This document shows positions 19,710 to 31,036 of a stretch of DNA of 64,000 nt, in pieces. The first letter of the stretch is position 1. Every line of letters begins with the position of its first letter. Position numbers and translations under genes: made by a program. The stretch is from an uncultured Acidobacteriota bacterium (GTDB lineage Bacteria; Acidobacteriota; Terriglobia; UBA7540). The notes under the pieces are model-generated. The model was not told the DNA's origin and ran no database searches. It saw nothing but the letters and a program-made list of their open reading frames with translations. Location: NCBI GenBank assembly GCA_963804995.1, contig CAWDSK010000008.1, positions 1 to 64,000 on the forward strand, in the 5' to 3' direction.

Positions 19710-22252
19710 ATGAATAGTCTCCTGCTTGCTTGGCTTGCATTGGCGCTGGCAGCCGGACCCGCGGCGGACCAAGGGTCTGAATACCCGGCTGTGAAATACC
19801 GAAGTAATTATCTCTCCAGCTACTATCTCTCGCACGCGCCCACCACGACTCCCTGGTGGCCGTGCTGGTCGCCGGATGGCAAGTGGATAGCCTTCTCGCT
19901 GTACGGTTCCATCTGGAAGGTGAATGTGGCGACGGACGAGGCCTACGAGTTGACCCATGGAGACAGGCTGAACTCTTCGCCTGCCTGGTCACCGGACGGC
20001 AAGTGGATTGTCTACACGGTCGATGACAACTGGCGGTCGATTCAGTTGGGAATCCTGAACGTCGATACCGGAGAAACCCGCCTGCTGACGCATGACGATC
20101 AGGTTTATGTTGACCCGGTGTTTTCTCCCGATGGCAAATGGCTGGCTTACGCGACCACGAAGCCGGCAGGCAATTTCAACGTGGTGGCGCGGCCGATCCA
20201 AAATGGGGAGTGGGCTGGGCCCGAGGTCGCGGTCACCAGCGATCACGACTTTGGCAGGCCGCGCCTCTACTTCAGCAACTGGGACCTTCATATCGAGCCC
20301 GCCTGGCTCAATGACGGAAGCGGTCTCTTGCTGGTTTCAAACCGCAACGTGGCCCTGGGCTCAGGGAACCTGTGGCGGGTTCCGTTTGAAGCCAACGCCA
20401 TGCCGAGGGGCCGCGTGATCCTCAAAGAGCAGAGTCTCTTCCGTACCCGGCCCAACGTCTCACCTGATGGCAGACGGTTGGTTTATGCCTCGACCAGCGG
20501 CGCCGCGGATCAGTATGACCACCTTTATGTGCTTCCGGTCGAGGGCGGCCAGCCTTACAAACTTACCTTCGGCGATCATGATGATTTTCATCCGCGCTGG
20601 TCCCCGGATGGCGAGTCAATCGCCTACATCTCCAATGAGAACGGCCTGCCGGGACTCTATTTGCTGGAGACCTACGGCGGTGCGAAACGGAAACTGGTCA
20701 CCGGCAAATTGCATTGGAAGCAGCCCATGGGGACGGTCCGGGTCAGGATCCAGGATGCAGATACCAAAGCCCTTCTCCCGGCGCGCATTTCAGGGAGCGC
20801 GTCCGATGGCAGGCTGTATGCCCCCTCTACCGCCTTTGTGTTCAATGCCCGGCTTCCAGGAGGATTGAAGCGCATTTTTTATACCTCGGGCTCCTACCAG
20901 GTGGAGGTTCCTCCCGGGCTCTTGACTCTCGAAGTGACCAAGGGGCTCGAAGTACTCCTCCGGCCCGGCGCGAGGTCGCGGTTCACGCCGGTGAAACCAT
21001 CAACGTCACCATTCCGCTCAAGCGGCGGATCTACATGCCTGCCAGAGGGTGGTTTGCCTGTACGACGCACTCCCACATGAACTACGGCGGCAACTTTCAC
21101 AACACGCCCGAATACCTGCTCCTCATGGCGCGAGGTGCGGGATTGCAGATTGTCAGTTCGCTTGTCGCCAACAAGGACAATCGCGTTCTCGATTGGCAAT
21201 ACTTCCGGAAGGGCGGTAAAGAGGACCCGGCTTCGAATCTCGCCGCGCGGTTGATGCTGATCTTTGGCGAAGAGAACCGGCCTCCCTTCTGGGGGCACAC
21301 TTCTTACATTGGCCTTAGAGATCACCTCCTTTCTCCTTTTCTGACCGGGTACCAGGGAACGGTGGTGGATAGTCTTTATCCGAGCAACTCGGACTTGTTT
21401 GCGAAGGCGCGCGCCGAGGGAGCGACCACCAGTTATGTCCATGCCTTCGGTGAGGAAAGTGATCCGCTCGAAAGCGGCCTCGGCGAGGCGAAAGCATTTC
21501 CCGTGGACCTCGCCCTGGGCTTGATCGACACCTTGGAGTGGTCGGCTGTGTCGAGAGGCTCCTTGATTCCGCTGTTTCATGCCTGGAATAACGATTTTCG
21601 AGTCGCGCCCATTGGGGGAGAAGACTCAACGTCCAACATGCAAGATAACCGGCCGCTGGGGATACTGCGTACCTACGTGCACCTCGGTTCAAATTTCACT
21701 GCCCAGGCCTGGGTCGATGCTCTGAAGCAGGGTTACACCTTCATGACCAGTGGCCCGCTGTTGGATTTTAAGGTAAACGGCAAGCTGCCGGGCGAGGCAG
21801 TCTCATTGCCCAGCGGCGGCCCTCAAGAAATCCAATTGGACGGAAAAGTGTGGTCGGTCACGCGCCTGCGCAAGGTGCTGATCTATCACGACGGTGCGGT
21901 TTGGAAGGAACTGCACCCGCGCGGGGACGGATTATCCGCATCTTTCTCTGAGAAAGTTAGCGTTTCGGCGAGTGGATGGTTTGCGCTGGGGGCCGAGGGC
22001 GACGATCAAGCATCCAGCGCACCGGAAGTCTACGCACAGGCGATTACGAATTGCATTCGCGTCTACGCGGGGCAGGGGAAAATCCGCAACGCTAAGTCCG
22101 CCGAATACTTCCTGAAGTGGATGGCCAAACTGCGGACTACGACCGAGAACCCGGACCTATGGCGCACCTCGGCGGAAAAAGAGCATGTGTTCAAACAATT
22201 TCAAAGCTCGGAGGACATTTACAAGCAACGCCGGGAAGAAGCCAAACCTTGA
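19710..22252 (+). CDS. Secreted CehA/McbA (PHP-fold) metallohydrolase with TolB-like WD40 N-terminus (frameshift near 20950)
   Basis: Repeated P-x-W-S-P-D-G blades; THSHMNY and GEDS motifs in the second frame. Confidence 0.8.
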
Positions 22253-22262
22253 GGTCGTCCGC

Positions 22263-23675
22263 TCACACTCCAGCTCCCTGGCGCTTTCTTTCGTTTCGTA
22301 CGTACGTGCCGTCGATGGTAGGCTCTGACTCGCACTCGATGGCAATCACGGTGACGGGGGTGTCAGGCGCCTCGGCCGGCAGCCCGGTGAACCGTACATA
22401 TACGCCATCCTGCTCGAAGGCCACAGGCTTCCCGGAAGCAAACAGTCGCGCCGATCTGACTTTCGAACGAAGCCCGCCCACCGCCACCACGGCGGGGGGA
22501 TTGAAGAACTTTAGCCCGTCTGAGGCGGGAGTCTCTCCGGGCCAGAAGCTAATGTGCATGTAGAGAGTGTTCCCCTTCCGGGTATAGTCCGCGTAAGGGT
22601 GCGCTCCCTCGCGGCAGGGTTCTGACTGGTAAATTGTTGGACCATTTTTCTCCATCCACTTGCCGACCTCGGTGAGGATGCCGACCGATTCCTCCGGAAT
22701 CGAGCCATCCGGCTTGGGACCGATATTCAGCAGGTAGTTTCCGCCACTCTGCGCGCAAGTGACGAGGTTCCGCACGATCGTCTTGGGAGATTTCCAGGTA
22801 TCGTCGGCCTTGTGGTATCCCCAACTATCGTTCATGGTCATGCAGGTTTCCCAGGCCCGGCCGGATTTAGCGGCCACAATTTCCTGCTCCGGCGTGGAGA
22901 AATCGCCCCCCAGGCCGTTGCGATTGTTGACAATGATATCGGGTTGTAATTGGAAGACCATCCGGTTCATCTTTTCCGATTCCCACTGCTGCGGGCTGAG
23001 CGGCCAATCTATGTCGTACCAGAGGATGTCCACTTTTCCGTATTGGGTCAGGAGTTCGCGAATCAAGCCATGCGTGTATTCGACGAAACGCGCGCGCGCC
23101 GCCTCATCCGTTGCGCAACGGGCGCCATCAGGATGGTGCCAGTCCATCAAGGAGTAATAAAACCCCACACGCAACCCTTCGCCGCGTGCTGCCTCCACGA
23201 ATTCCCCCACCAGGTCACGGCCGCACGCCTGCTGGGGAGCGCAGTAATTCGTCAGCTTCGTGTCGAACAGGCAGAAGCCCTCGTGATGCTTCGTGGTCAT
23301 GACCATGTATTTCTGGCCAGCCTGCTTGGCAAGCTTCGCCCAATCGCGCGCCGCGTGGGGTTTGGGCGTGAAGAGCTTCGCCAGTTGTTGGTATTGGGCT
23401 ACCGGGATACCCTCTGCCTCCATGGCCCACTCGTGCTGGCCGATTACACTGTAGAGTCCCCAGTGAATAAACATGCCGAATTTCGCTTCATGCCACCATT
23501 TCATTCGACGAGCGCGTTCAGCTTGCGCAGGTGCGCTCGCTTGGCCCAGGGCCTCAGGCTCAGCTACGAATGCAGGTTTTGAAGCCGCGGATCTTACACC
23601 TGCTGCCGAACCCGCGAGCGCCGCTGCGCTGCTCCCCAATAAGCGTAAATGCTCACGTCTGGACATTCCCCTCAT
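22263..23675 (-). CDS. Alpha-L-fucosidase (GH29), Tat-exported
   Basis: SRREHL Tat motif; KFGMFIHWGLYS, TTKHHEGF, ILWYD, YLLNIGP. Confidence 0.92.
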   Translation of the reverse strand: MRGMSRREHLRLLGSSAAALAGSAAGVRSAASKPAFVAEPEALGQASAPAQAERARRMKWWHEAKFGMFIHWGLYSVIGQHEWAMEAEGIPVAQYQQLAKLFTPKPHAARDWAKLAKQAGQKYMVMTTKHHEGFCLFDTKLTNYCAPQQACGRDLVGEFVEAARGEGLRVGFYYSLMDWHHPDGARCATDEAARARFVEYTHGLIRELLTQYGKVDILWYDIDWPLSPQQWESEKMNRMVFQLQPDIIVNNRNGLGGDFSTPEQEIVAAKSGRAWETCMTMNDSWGYHKADDTWKSPKTIVRNLVTCAQSGGNYLLNIGPKPDGSIPEESVGILTEVGKWMEKNGPTIYQSEPCREGAHPYADYTRKGNTLYMHISFWPGETPASDGLKFFNPPAVVAVGGLRSKVRSARLFASGKPVAFEQDGVYVRFTGLPAEAPDTPVTVIAIECESEPTIDGTYVRNERKRQGAGV

Positions 23676-23958
23676 CTTTTTCGCTCCTTTGGGCCAATAT
23701 GCAGCCCGGGTGAAATCCTGTGTTATGGGCGTGCGTCATAGTTCTGCGTTGCTTTGCACCAAGAAAATACGCCTGGTCGCGGTTCATTTCAATGTGTAAA
23801 GATGGCAATGGCAAATAGACTACTAACTTGTTTTCTGCTTTCGTTGGCGAAGGTTCCCGGAAACGTGACTCCGGTGTTTTTAAGTCGACAATGAAGTCAG
23901 CCGGTGGCAGAATGGTCCGCTGATCATCCGACTAATCACCGCTTGAGGTCTACATCCC

Positions 23959-24783
23959 ATGAGGTTGGGAGTTATCAGTCGACTTTCGTTGACCAGAAGG
24001 GGACTGTGTGCGCTGCTCGCCTCAAGCAAGAATTGCTCCATAGTGTTGGAGCTTCCAAACATTCCAGAGGATGTCGATGTCCTCCGCAAAGCTCAGCCGG
24101 AGGTTCTGCTCTTTCACGTTAGCGGCGGTATTTCGGATTTCGAAGTCGTCTCCCGACTGCGCAATCTCGCACCCGAAATCAAAGTCCTGCTTTTTCTGGA
24201 CACGGCTGACGAGGAGACAGAGTTTCAGGCGATTCGGGCGGGGGGCCGCGGATGTGTCTCAAATGCCTCCAACCTGGACATGTTACTCAAGGCGATAGGC
24301 GCTGTCGGACGGGGAGAAATCTGGGTAAGCCGCCGCGGGGCGACGCGGCTCATCACTAAGCTCGCGCAGCCGGAGGCCCCGGACGGGCCAACCTCGAACG
24401 GACTCACGCCCCAGGAATGGAAGGTCCTGGCGTTGCTTGCCAGCGGTTCCCGAAACAAGGAAATTGCTAACCGCCTTTCCGTTTCAGAGAATACGGTAAA
24501 GACTCACCTTTACACCATCTACCGGAAGATCAACGTGGATTGCCGACTCGCGGCCACGCTTTACTATTTCCAGACATGTAAAGTCGGACGGAAAAAACTC
24601 CCACAAATCTGCCCCGCCCCAGGCAAAGCTGAAGAAGAAGGGTGGGGTCCGATCAGATCAAGACGAGAATTCGCCGGCGGATTGAATCTGGGGCCCGGTG
24701 GACGTGACCTCGGCTCAGCGGTGCCTCACGGTGATTTCCCCTGTCCTGGTTCTTCCCGTCAGAAATATAAACACCAAAGTTAA
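23959..24783 (+). CDS. NarL/LuxR-family regulator with atypical receiver domain
   Basis: LTPQEWKVLALLASGSRNKEIANRLSVSENTVKTHL HTH; the receiver lacks the canonical Asp residues. Confidence 0.85.
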   Translation: MRLGVISRLSLTRRGLCALLASSKNCSIVLELPNIPEDVDVLRKAQPEVLLFHVSGGISDFEVVSRLRNLAPEIKVLLFLDTADEETEFQAIRAGGRGCVSNASNLDMLLKAIGAVGRGEIWVSRRGATRLITKLAQPEAPDGPTSNGLTPQEWKVLALLASGSRNKEIANRLSVSENTVKTHLYTIYRKINVDCRLAATLYYFQTCKVGRKKLPQICPAPGKAEEEGWGPIRSRREFAGGLNLGPGGRDLGSAVPHGDFPCPGSSRQKYKHQS

Positions 24784-24823
24784 CCCGCCCCTCCGGCAGT
24801 TTTCCGAAGGTGTGGCAGAGTGA

Positions 24824-25137
24824 GTAATTATCCTCCGGCAAAGCCGGAGGACGGTGGCTGGCCCCTCAAAGGGGCCTGACCGCCACCGTCGGGAAAAGAC
24901 CCCTCACCCGACCTCGTCCCTCGGCCACCCTCTCCCCAAGGGAGAGGGAAAGGGTTTCACCACGCGGTAGCGCCCCCAGAGAAACCCCCGCCCTCTCCCC
25001 GGGGAGAGGGTGGACCGCCGCCGGCGTTTTCATCAGCCGGGGCGGGACGGGTGAGGGGTCTTTTCCCGGCCAACGAACCGTTACTCCAGAAGATGTCAAA
25101 CTCTTACTGCCTCCCCGGCAGAGCCGGGGGATCTCCC
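24824..25137. mobile_element. Non-autonomous IS200/IS605-like shell containing a DUF559-type repeat doublet
   Basis: Subterminal hairpins CCTCCGGCAAAGCCGGAGG (24832-24850) and CTCCCCGGCAGAGCCGGGGG (25111-25130); internal perfect 21-bp inverted repeat 24890-24910/25048-25068; no tnpA. Confidence 0.55.
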
Positions 25138-25499
25138 GACGGATAAGAAATCCGCGTTAAAGTTCCCCCATCAGGAATGGGTCGCTAAACCCTTTGGCCT
25201 TCGGCTCAGAGCTAACGGAATCGATGGCCCTCAAGACATACCTCATCACAATGGGTTAGGAAACTATGGCAAGATGTCGTCCAAACTTCCTAATCCATTT
25301 CTTCGCTTGCACTTGTGTTTGCCCGGCATATTTATAGGGAGATCGGGGGATGTGAGGGCAGCCTACCTCACACCATTTAAGCTGCAAACTCATGCGGACA
25401 GGCGATTGCCTTTCGCGCTTCAAACAATTAAAAAGGTGCAGCATATCGTAATCGTCAGCTACCGTGACTGCCTCAACGGAATTAGAAGGGCTATCGCCT

Positions 25500-25850
25500 A
25501 TGCGTGAAGCAAAACGATTTGAGATTCGATGTCCTGTCACCGTCCAAGTTTCGAATGGACCGAACCACAAGGTGAAAGTGCAAGGAGTGCTCTACGACAT
25601 TGGAGTTGACGGGGCCCGAGTGGCGTTGGAGCAACCCGTGCCGCCCGGCACAAAGATTACTCTGTTTGCACACTTTCGGGCCCCGGAGGAACAAGTTACG
25701 ACGATTCGCTTTGAAGGAATCGTTCAGCGTCTCCATGAGGAGCCACGATTCGAAATTGCCGTGAACTTCCAAGGGACGGGCCGGTTCCTGCAAAAGCAGA
25801 TCATTGATCTCCACGCGATGAAGGCTGCCAGCGCCGATGAAGGAAGCTGA
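25500..25850 (+). CDS. PilZ-domain protein
   Basis: REAKR (RxxxR) and DIGVDG motifs. Confidence 0.8.
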   Translation: MREAKRFEIRCPVTVQVSNGPNHKVKVQGVLYDIGVDGARVALEQPVPPGTKITLFAHFRAPEEQVTTIRFEGIVQRLHEEPRFEIAVNFQGTGRFLQKQIIDLHAMKAASADEGS

Positions 25851-25996
25851 AGGAGAGTTGAGAGGAAGCCAGGAATCAACTGTCGGCGTGGATGGCTTGG
25901 GCCGACGGGCTGCAAGGCGGCCGGCGATGTGCCCCTGAGAACGGCAGGGGCATTCGTAAGACGCGGCTCAGGGAGGGGAAGGCTCCTGGGAGTCAA

Positions 25997-26680
25997 ATGG
26001 CGGAGCTATATGTTGACCGGCAGACACCAAACCACTTGAGGATTACCGGCCAGGGAGCGCAGGTTGGCTTGCGATCCACACCCGATACCAGCACGAGAGC
26101 CTGGCGGCGCGTTCTCTGGCCTATAAGGGATTTGAGGTATTCCTGCCTCAATACACCTCCGTTCGCCAGTGGAGTGATCGAACCAAGGAACTTTCCGCAC
26201 CCCTGTTTCCCTGCTACGTGTTCTTGCGAGGGGGACTTGAACAGCAGATCAGAATCCTGACCACGCCCGGCGTCCTGGGTTTGGTGGGATTCGCAGGCGT
26301 GCCCGCGATCATTCCCGACGTGGAGATCGAGGCCGTGCGCCGAACCCTGGCGCGCTGCATGCACGTTGAACCCTATCCGTTCCTGAAGTGCGGAGATTGG
26401 GTTCGAGTCAAGGGTGGTCCGCTGGAGGGTATTGAGGGGATCCTGGTGCGCAACAAGAAGCAATTCCGACTGGTGCTGTCCGTCGCAACTCCTCCAGAAG
26501 TCCGCGGCCGTGGAAGTGGACGCGTGGATGGTAGAGCGCGCGCCACAGACCCGAACGGCGCGGGTCCGGACGTTCCTTCACTTTCGAGCCCTCGCCCTTG
26601 CGCTTGAGGGACGTGGGGTTCTGTCGCTGGATGTCCTGACGCAGGAAGCAAGCAGAACAAATCCCCCACCAGGCAAATGA
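25997..26680 (+). CDS. NusG-paralog transcription antiterminator (UpxY/RfaH type), frameshifted at both ends
   Basis: Frame from 26065 reads WLAIHTRYQHE...FEVFLP...RQWSDRTK...PLFPCYVF; KOW motif GDWVRVKGGPLEGIEG. Confidence 0.8.
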
Positions 26681-26695
26681 TCAGGAGAACGCGAA

Positions 26696-27777
26696 ATGAT
26701 AGTGTCGGCTGGCATGACGCGAAGCCCCCTGAGAAGGCTCAAGGGAGGCAGGCTTGTGGCCGCCTGTGCACTTGTCTTGGCCTGCTGTCCGCTCCTGGCC
26801 GCGCAGACCACTGCGGGCATCGGCCACCCACCAGAAGTTGTATCGGGAACAACTCCGTCGGCGGCTTCCTCCCTGGCGCTCCCTGACTACATCATTAGTC
26901 CGGACGATGTCCTGACCATCAGCGTCTATGATGCTCCCGATGTTACCGGGGAGTACCGGGTCAGCCCCACCGGCCAAATCGAGCTCCCTCTGCTCTCCGA
27001 ACCTATCGTCGCCGCAGGACGGACACCGGCCCAGCTTTCTGAGCTGATCAGCGAGAGATACCGCAAGTCAGAAATCTACAGCCATCCCCGTGTGACGGTG
27101 GCCATCAAGGAATCTCGCGTCCATGCCATCACCATCGCCGGGGCGGTGAAGAAACCCCAAATCTATCCCGTATTTGGAAAGACCACGTTAATGGACGTCT
27201 TGTCGCAGGCAGAAGGCCTTGCGGATGACGCTGGCAGTTTGGCCATCGTAACCCGAGGGGCGATCGCCATGCAGATCATCAATGCAAGCGATGCCTGTCG
27301 GGCCGACAAGCAAACCGGCCTCTTGCGATAGCACCTTCAGTGTGGACCTCAGCCGGCTGACGCAGACGGGCGACCCGCTCTTGAACGTCGACCTGTACCC
27401 TGGCGACAGAGTCACCGTTCAACGCGCCGGGATCGTTTATGTGGTGGGCGCTGTGAATCGGCCGGGAGGGTTTCCCCTGAAGACCGGTCAGGAGAATATG
27501 ACCGTCATTCAGGCACTGGCGTTAGCCGAGGATCTGAAGCCCACCGCCGCCCAAAAGAGGGCCATGATCATTCGGAAAAACCCGGCCGGCGACGGACGGA
27601 CGCGAAGAAATTGCGGTAAACCTTGTCGAAGGTGCTGGCAGGCCACGGGCGTGATCCCCAACTGCTAGGCCAATGACATTCTCTTTGTTCCCGATAGTGC
27701 CGGGAAAAGAGCCTTGCGACCGGGGCGCCGAGGCCGCCATCACCGCGGCCACCTGGGGAGTTATCTATCATTATTGA
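26696..27777 (+). CDS. wza: Polysaccharide export protein (Poly_export + SLBB), frameshifted
   Basis: YIISPDDVLTISV, GQIELPLL, GAVKKP, LYPGDRVTV...VVGAVNRPG. Confidence 0.8.
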
Positions 27778-27835
27778 GAATGCGTAATGCCCATCCGACT
27801 CTCGTCGACGATCATTAGTTTCTGGGGTGAAGGAC

Positions 27836-30105
27836 ATGTCTGAAAATCAAGCTCTGTCGCCGCGCGGGCCAAGGTTGCCAGAAGCGGCACACTCACCCGC
27901 CGGCCAAGTCTTCGATATCGAGGCGCAAGAGTTCGACAGCTTCAGCTATCTGCGAACTTATTGGAACATCATCAACAAGCGCCGCTGGACGATCATCAGC
28001 GTCGCCTTCATCGTGACCCTGCTGGTCGCGATCGCCTCTTTTAAGATGACGCCGATCTATGAAGCCACGGTACGCCTGGACATCGAGGCCGACACGCTGC
28101 AGATTCAATCCCTGAATGACTTCTTTCGACAGATCCCCACGCGACGAGGCATTCATCGGGACGCAAATCCAGGTTCTCGAGGGCGTTAGGCTGGCAGAGC
28201 GCACCATTGAGCAAGTCGGACTGCTGAAAGACCCGAAGTGGGTCGCAGCCATCCAGCACGGCAACGGCCCATTTTCATCGAGGCTCCCTACGTCGCAGGA
28301 CGGGCTTCTGGGGCCATTCAGGCGCTGTCTGCATGTCCAGAAAGTGCGCGACAGTCATGTGGTCAATGTCAGTTTCGAGAGCGCGGACCCCAATCTCTCC
28401 GCCAAAGTCGCAAACTCGCTGGCGGACAACTACATCGAATACAACTTTCGGCAGAAGTACGATGCCACTCGTCAGGCGTCAGGGTGGATGGAACAGCAGC
28501 TCGATGAATTGAAGGCCAAAGTCGAGAAATCCCAGCAGGCGCTGGTCGATTACGAGCGGCAAAACGCCATTGTCAATATCAGCGACAAGGAAAGTGTCGT
28601 CGAGCAGAGAATGGCGGATCTGAGTCGGGACCTGACGAACGCTCAAAGCGATCGGCTGCAAAAGGAGTCGGTCTATGAACTCGTGCGCTCGAACGAATCG
28701 CAAGTGGCCTTCGTGGCGCAAAACGACCTCTTGCAGCATCTGGAAGAAAAGTATGCTGATCTGAAGTCGCAATACGTTGATACTCTGGAGCAATCCGGGC
28801 CGAAACACCCCAAAGCTGAGCGGCTACAGAGCCAGGTGGATGAAATTCAGTCGCTGATCGAGAAGGAGCGAAAACGGACCGTGGAGAGGATCCGGAATGA
28901 CTACATGGCCGCCTTAGGGCGGGAGAGGCTCCTCGCAGGCGGCCGTCGCCAAAGAAAAAGTCGAGGTGGGGGCACTGAACCAGCTTCTGATCCAGCACAA
29001 TCTCCTGAAGCGTGAGTCGGATACGAATCAACAGCTTTATGACAACTTGCTGCAGCGGCTCAAGGATGCGACGGTTTCGGCGGGTCTGCGCGCCACCAAT
29101 ATCCATGTGATTGATCCGGCAAAACCTCCCAAGTTGCCGGTCCGCCCGCAAAAGCTTCTTAATATCCTCATCGGCCTGATGGTTGGACTGGTTCTCGGTC
29201 TGGCGCTCGCCTTCGTAAGAGAAGCTGTGGACACTTCCATCAAGAGCATCGAGGAGGCGGAGAGATTGGCTAACGCTCCGGCCTTGGCGGTTGTCCCGCT
29301 CGCCCGTGATGCGCATCGGCGACCAACTCCATCGCTTCCGGGAAACAACGGCAAATCGGCCGCAACTCAGGGATTAGCGCTTTTGAGTCATCCCACTTCG
29401 CCGGTGGCAGAATCCTTCCGAACTCTCCTGACCTCGGTGGTACTCTCGACGGCCCCGCAGCCGCCCCAGGTGTTATTGATGACCAGCTCTACGGCGGGAG
29501 AAGGGAAGACGGTCACCTCTCTCAACCTGGCGATAGCACTCGCTCAGCGGGGGGAGCCAACTCTGCTCATCGATGCGGACCTTCGCCATCCCAGTATCGG
29601 CAAGTCGCTCAATCTGGTTAATGGAACAGGTCTCGCAACCTTCCTGACGGGAGCGCACAGCATCGAGACGGCGCTGAGAGAGTTTCCTCCGGTACCCACA
29701 CTTTGGGCGCTCCCCGCCGGTCCCACGCCCCCCAATCCGGCGCAACTGCTCTCTTCCTCCGCCATGGAATCAATGCTCCGGGAATTACGCAAGCGGTTCA
29801 AGTTCGTGGTGATTGATTCCCCTCCCGTACTTCCCGTTACGGATGCGATGATCCTCTCAACCTTGGTGGACGGAGTGGTTTTTGTCGTAGAAAGTGGAGC
29901 CACCGTCCGAGGAGCTGTGACGCGAGCCCGCAAGATTCTGCAAAATGTTGGGGCAAACGTTCTGGGCATCGTCCTGAATAAGGTGGACGTGCGCCATGGC
30001 GGATATTATAGCGATTATGGTAATTACTACTACCGCGCGGATGATAAGGAGCGAACGGCAAGTGGCCCTTCCACTCCATCCCCACTAACGGAACTCAGGA
30101 CGTGA
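27836..30105 (+). CDS. wzc: Polysaccharide co-polymerase / BY-kinase, frameshifted near 28140 and 28940
   Basis: Wzz N-terminus, coiled coil, Walker A GEGKT, LIDADLR, IDSPP, Tyr-rich tail YYSDYGNYYY. Confidence 0.88.
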
Positions 30106-30302
30106 TAGTTTGCGTCCTGGATTGCCACTTCGTGGGAGTATGACGCAGGCCCCCTACGGTACGTGTAATGAGGCTCAAATCGCGGTACAAATGATTGTCA
30201 GGGTCAGAGTTGTAACGCCGGCCTTTAGGCCGGCACCTGGAGTTTCTACATTTGTGATGACGTCAACATTGGATAGGAAGAGAGAGTGTGTGCAAAGTCC
30301 CA

Positions 30303-30377
30303 GCCCTCGCCCCCTTGGGGGAGAGGGTGGCCGGCCACCGGCGTCTTCATCAGCCGGGGCCGGACGGGTGAGGGGGT
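30303..30377. repeat. Left ~75-bp hairpin repeat flanking the DUF559 gene
   Basis: GCCCTCGCCCCCTTGGGGGAGAGGGTGG...TTCATCAGCCGG...GGGTGAGGGG. Confidence 0.85.
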
Positions 30378-30384
30378 TAAAATC

Positions 30385-30783
30385 TTGAATGCTCCGCGTC
30401 CCTATCGCAAGACACGCTCTCTGGCACGTACGATGGGACCGATTGATAACGCGCGCGAGCTTCGACACACGCCGACGGAGGCTGAACGAGCCGCCTGGTA
30501 TTGGCTGCGCGGTTTGTGGTTAAAGGGGTTCAAGTTTCGCCGCCAGCATCCCGTGGGACCATACATTGCCGACTTTTGCTTTCTGGAGCGGCGCCTGATC
30601 GTCGAGCTCGACGGTGGTGTACATGGGCAGGCCAGCCAAGCAAGGATCGATGCGAAACGCGACGTGCACCTGAAGAGCCTGGGATACACCGTGCTGCGAG
30701 TCCCCAACGGTTTAGTTCTTCAGGCCCCGGAGTTGTTCGTGCAAAAAGTGTTGAGCTGGGTGTGGTCGCTACCGGCGGCGTAG
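30385..30783 (+). CDS. DUF559 / Vsr-like endonuclease (start TTG 30385 or ATG 30433)
   Basis: ARELR...TEAE...W...KFRRQHPVGPYIADF...IVELDGGVH...DAKRD..L...GYTVLR. Confidence 0.9.
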   Translation: MNAPRPYRKTRSLARTMGPIDNARELRHTPTEAERAAWYWLRGLWLKGFKFRRQHPVGPYIADFCFLERRLIVELDGGVHGQASQARIDAKRDVHLKSLGYTVLRVPNGLVLQAPELFVQKVLSWVWSLPAA

Positions 30784-30805
30784 GGTTGAGCATGCTGAGT
30801 TTTGA

Positions 30806-30938
30806 CCCCCTCACCCGGCCCGCCCCCGCTGGTGAAAGCGCGGGTAGCGGTCCACCCTCTCCCCCAAGGGGGCGAGGGCGACAAATTCAGATTAACTCTC
30901 CCCTCGCCCCTTTGGGGGGGGCCGGGGGTGAGGGGGTC
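30806..30938. repeat. Right inverted copy of the hairpin repeat plus a shorter third copy
   Basis: 30806-30879 is the near reverse complement of 30303-30377; 30900-30937 is a truncated opposing copy. Confidence 0.85.
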
Positions 30939-31036
30939 GCCTTTGAACCCAGTGAGACTTTGTCGGCGAATTTCTGAGACTAGAAGACCTCTGATCATTG
31001 CTACCCGCTAAATCCAAAATTCTATCAGCCAGGTCT

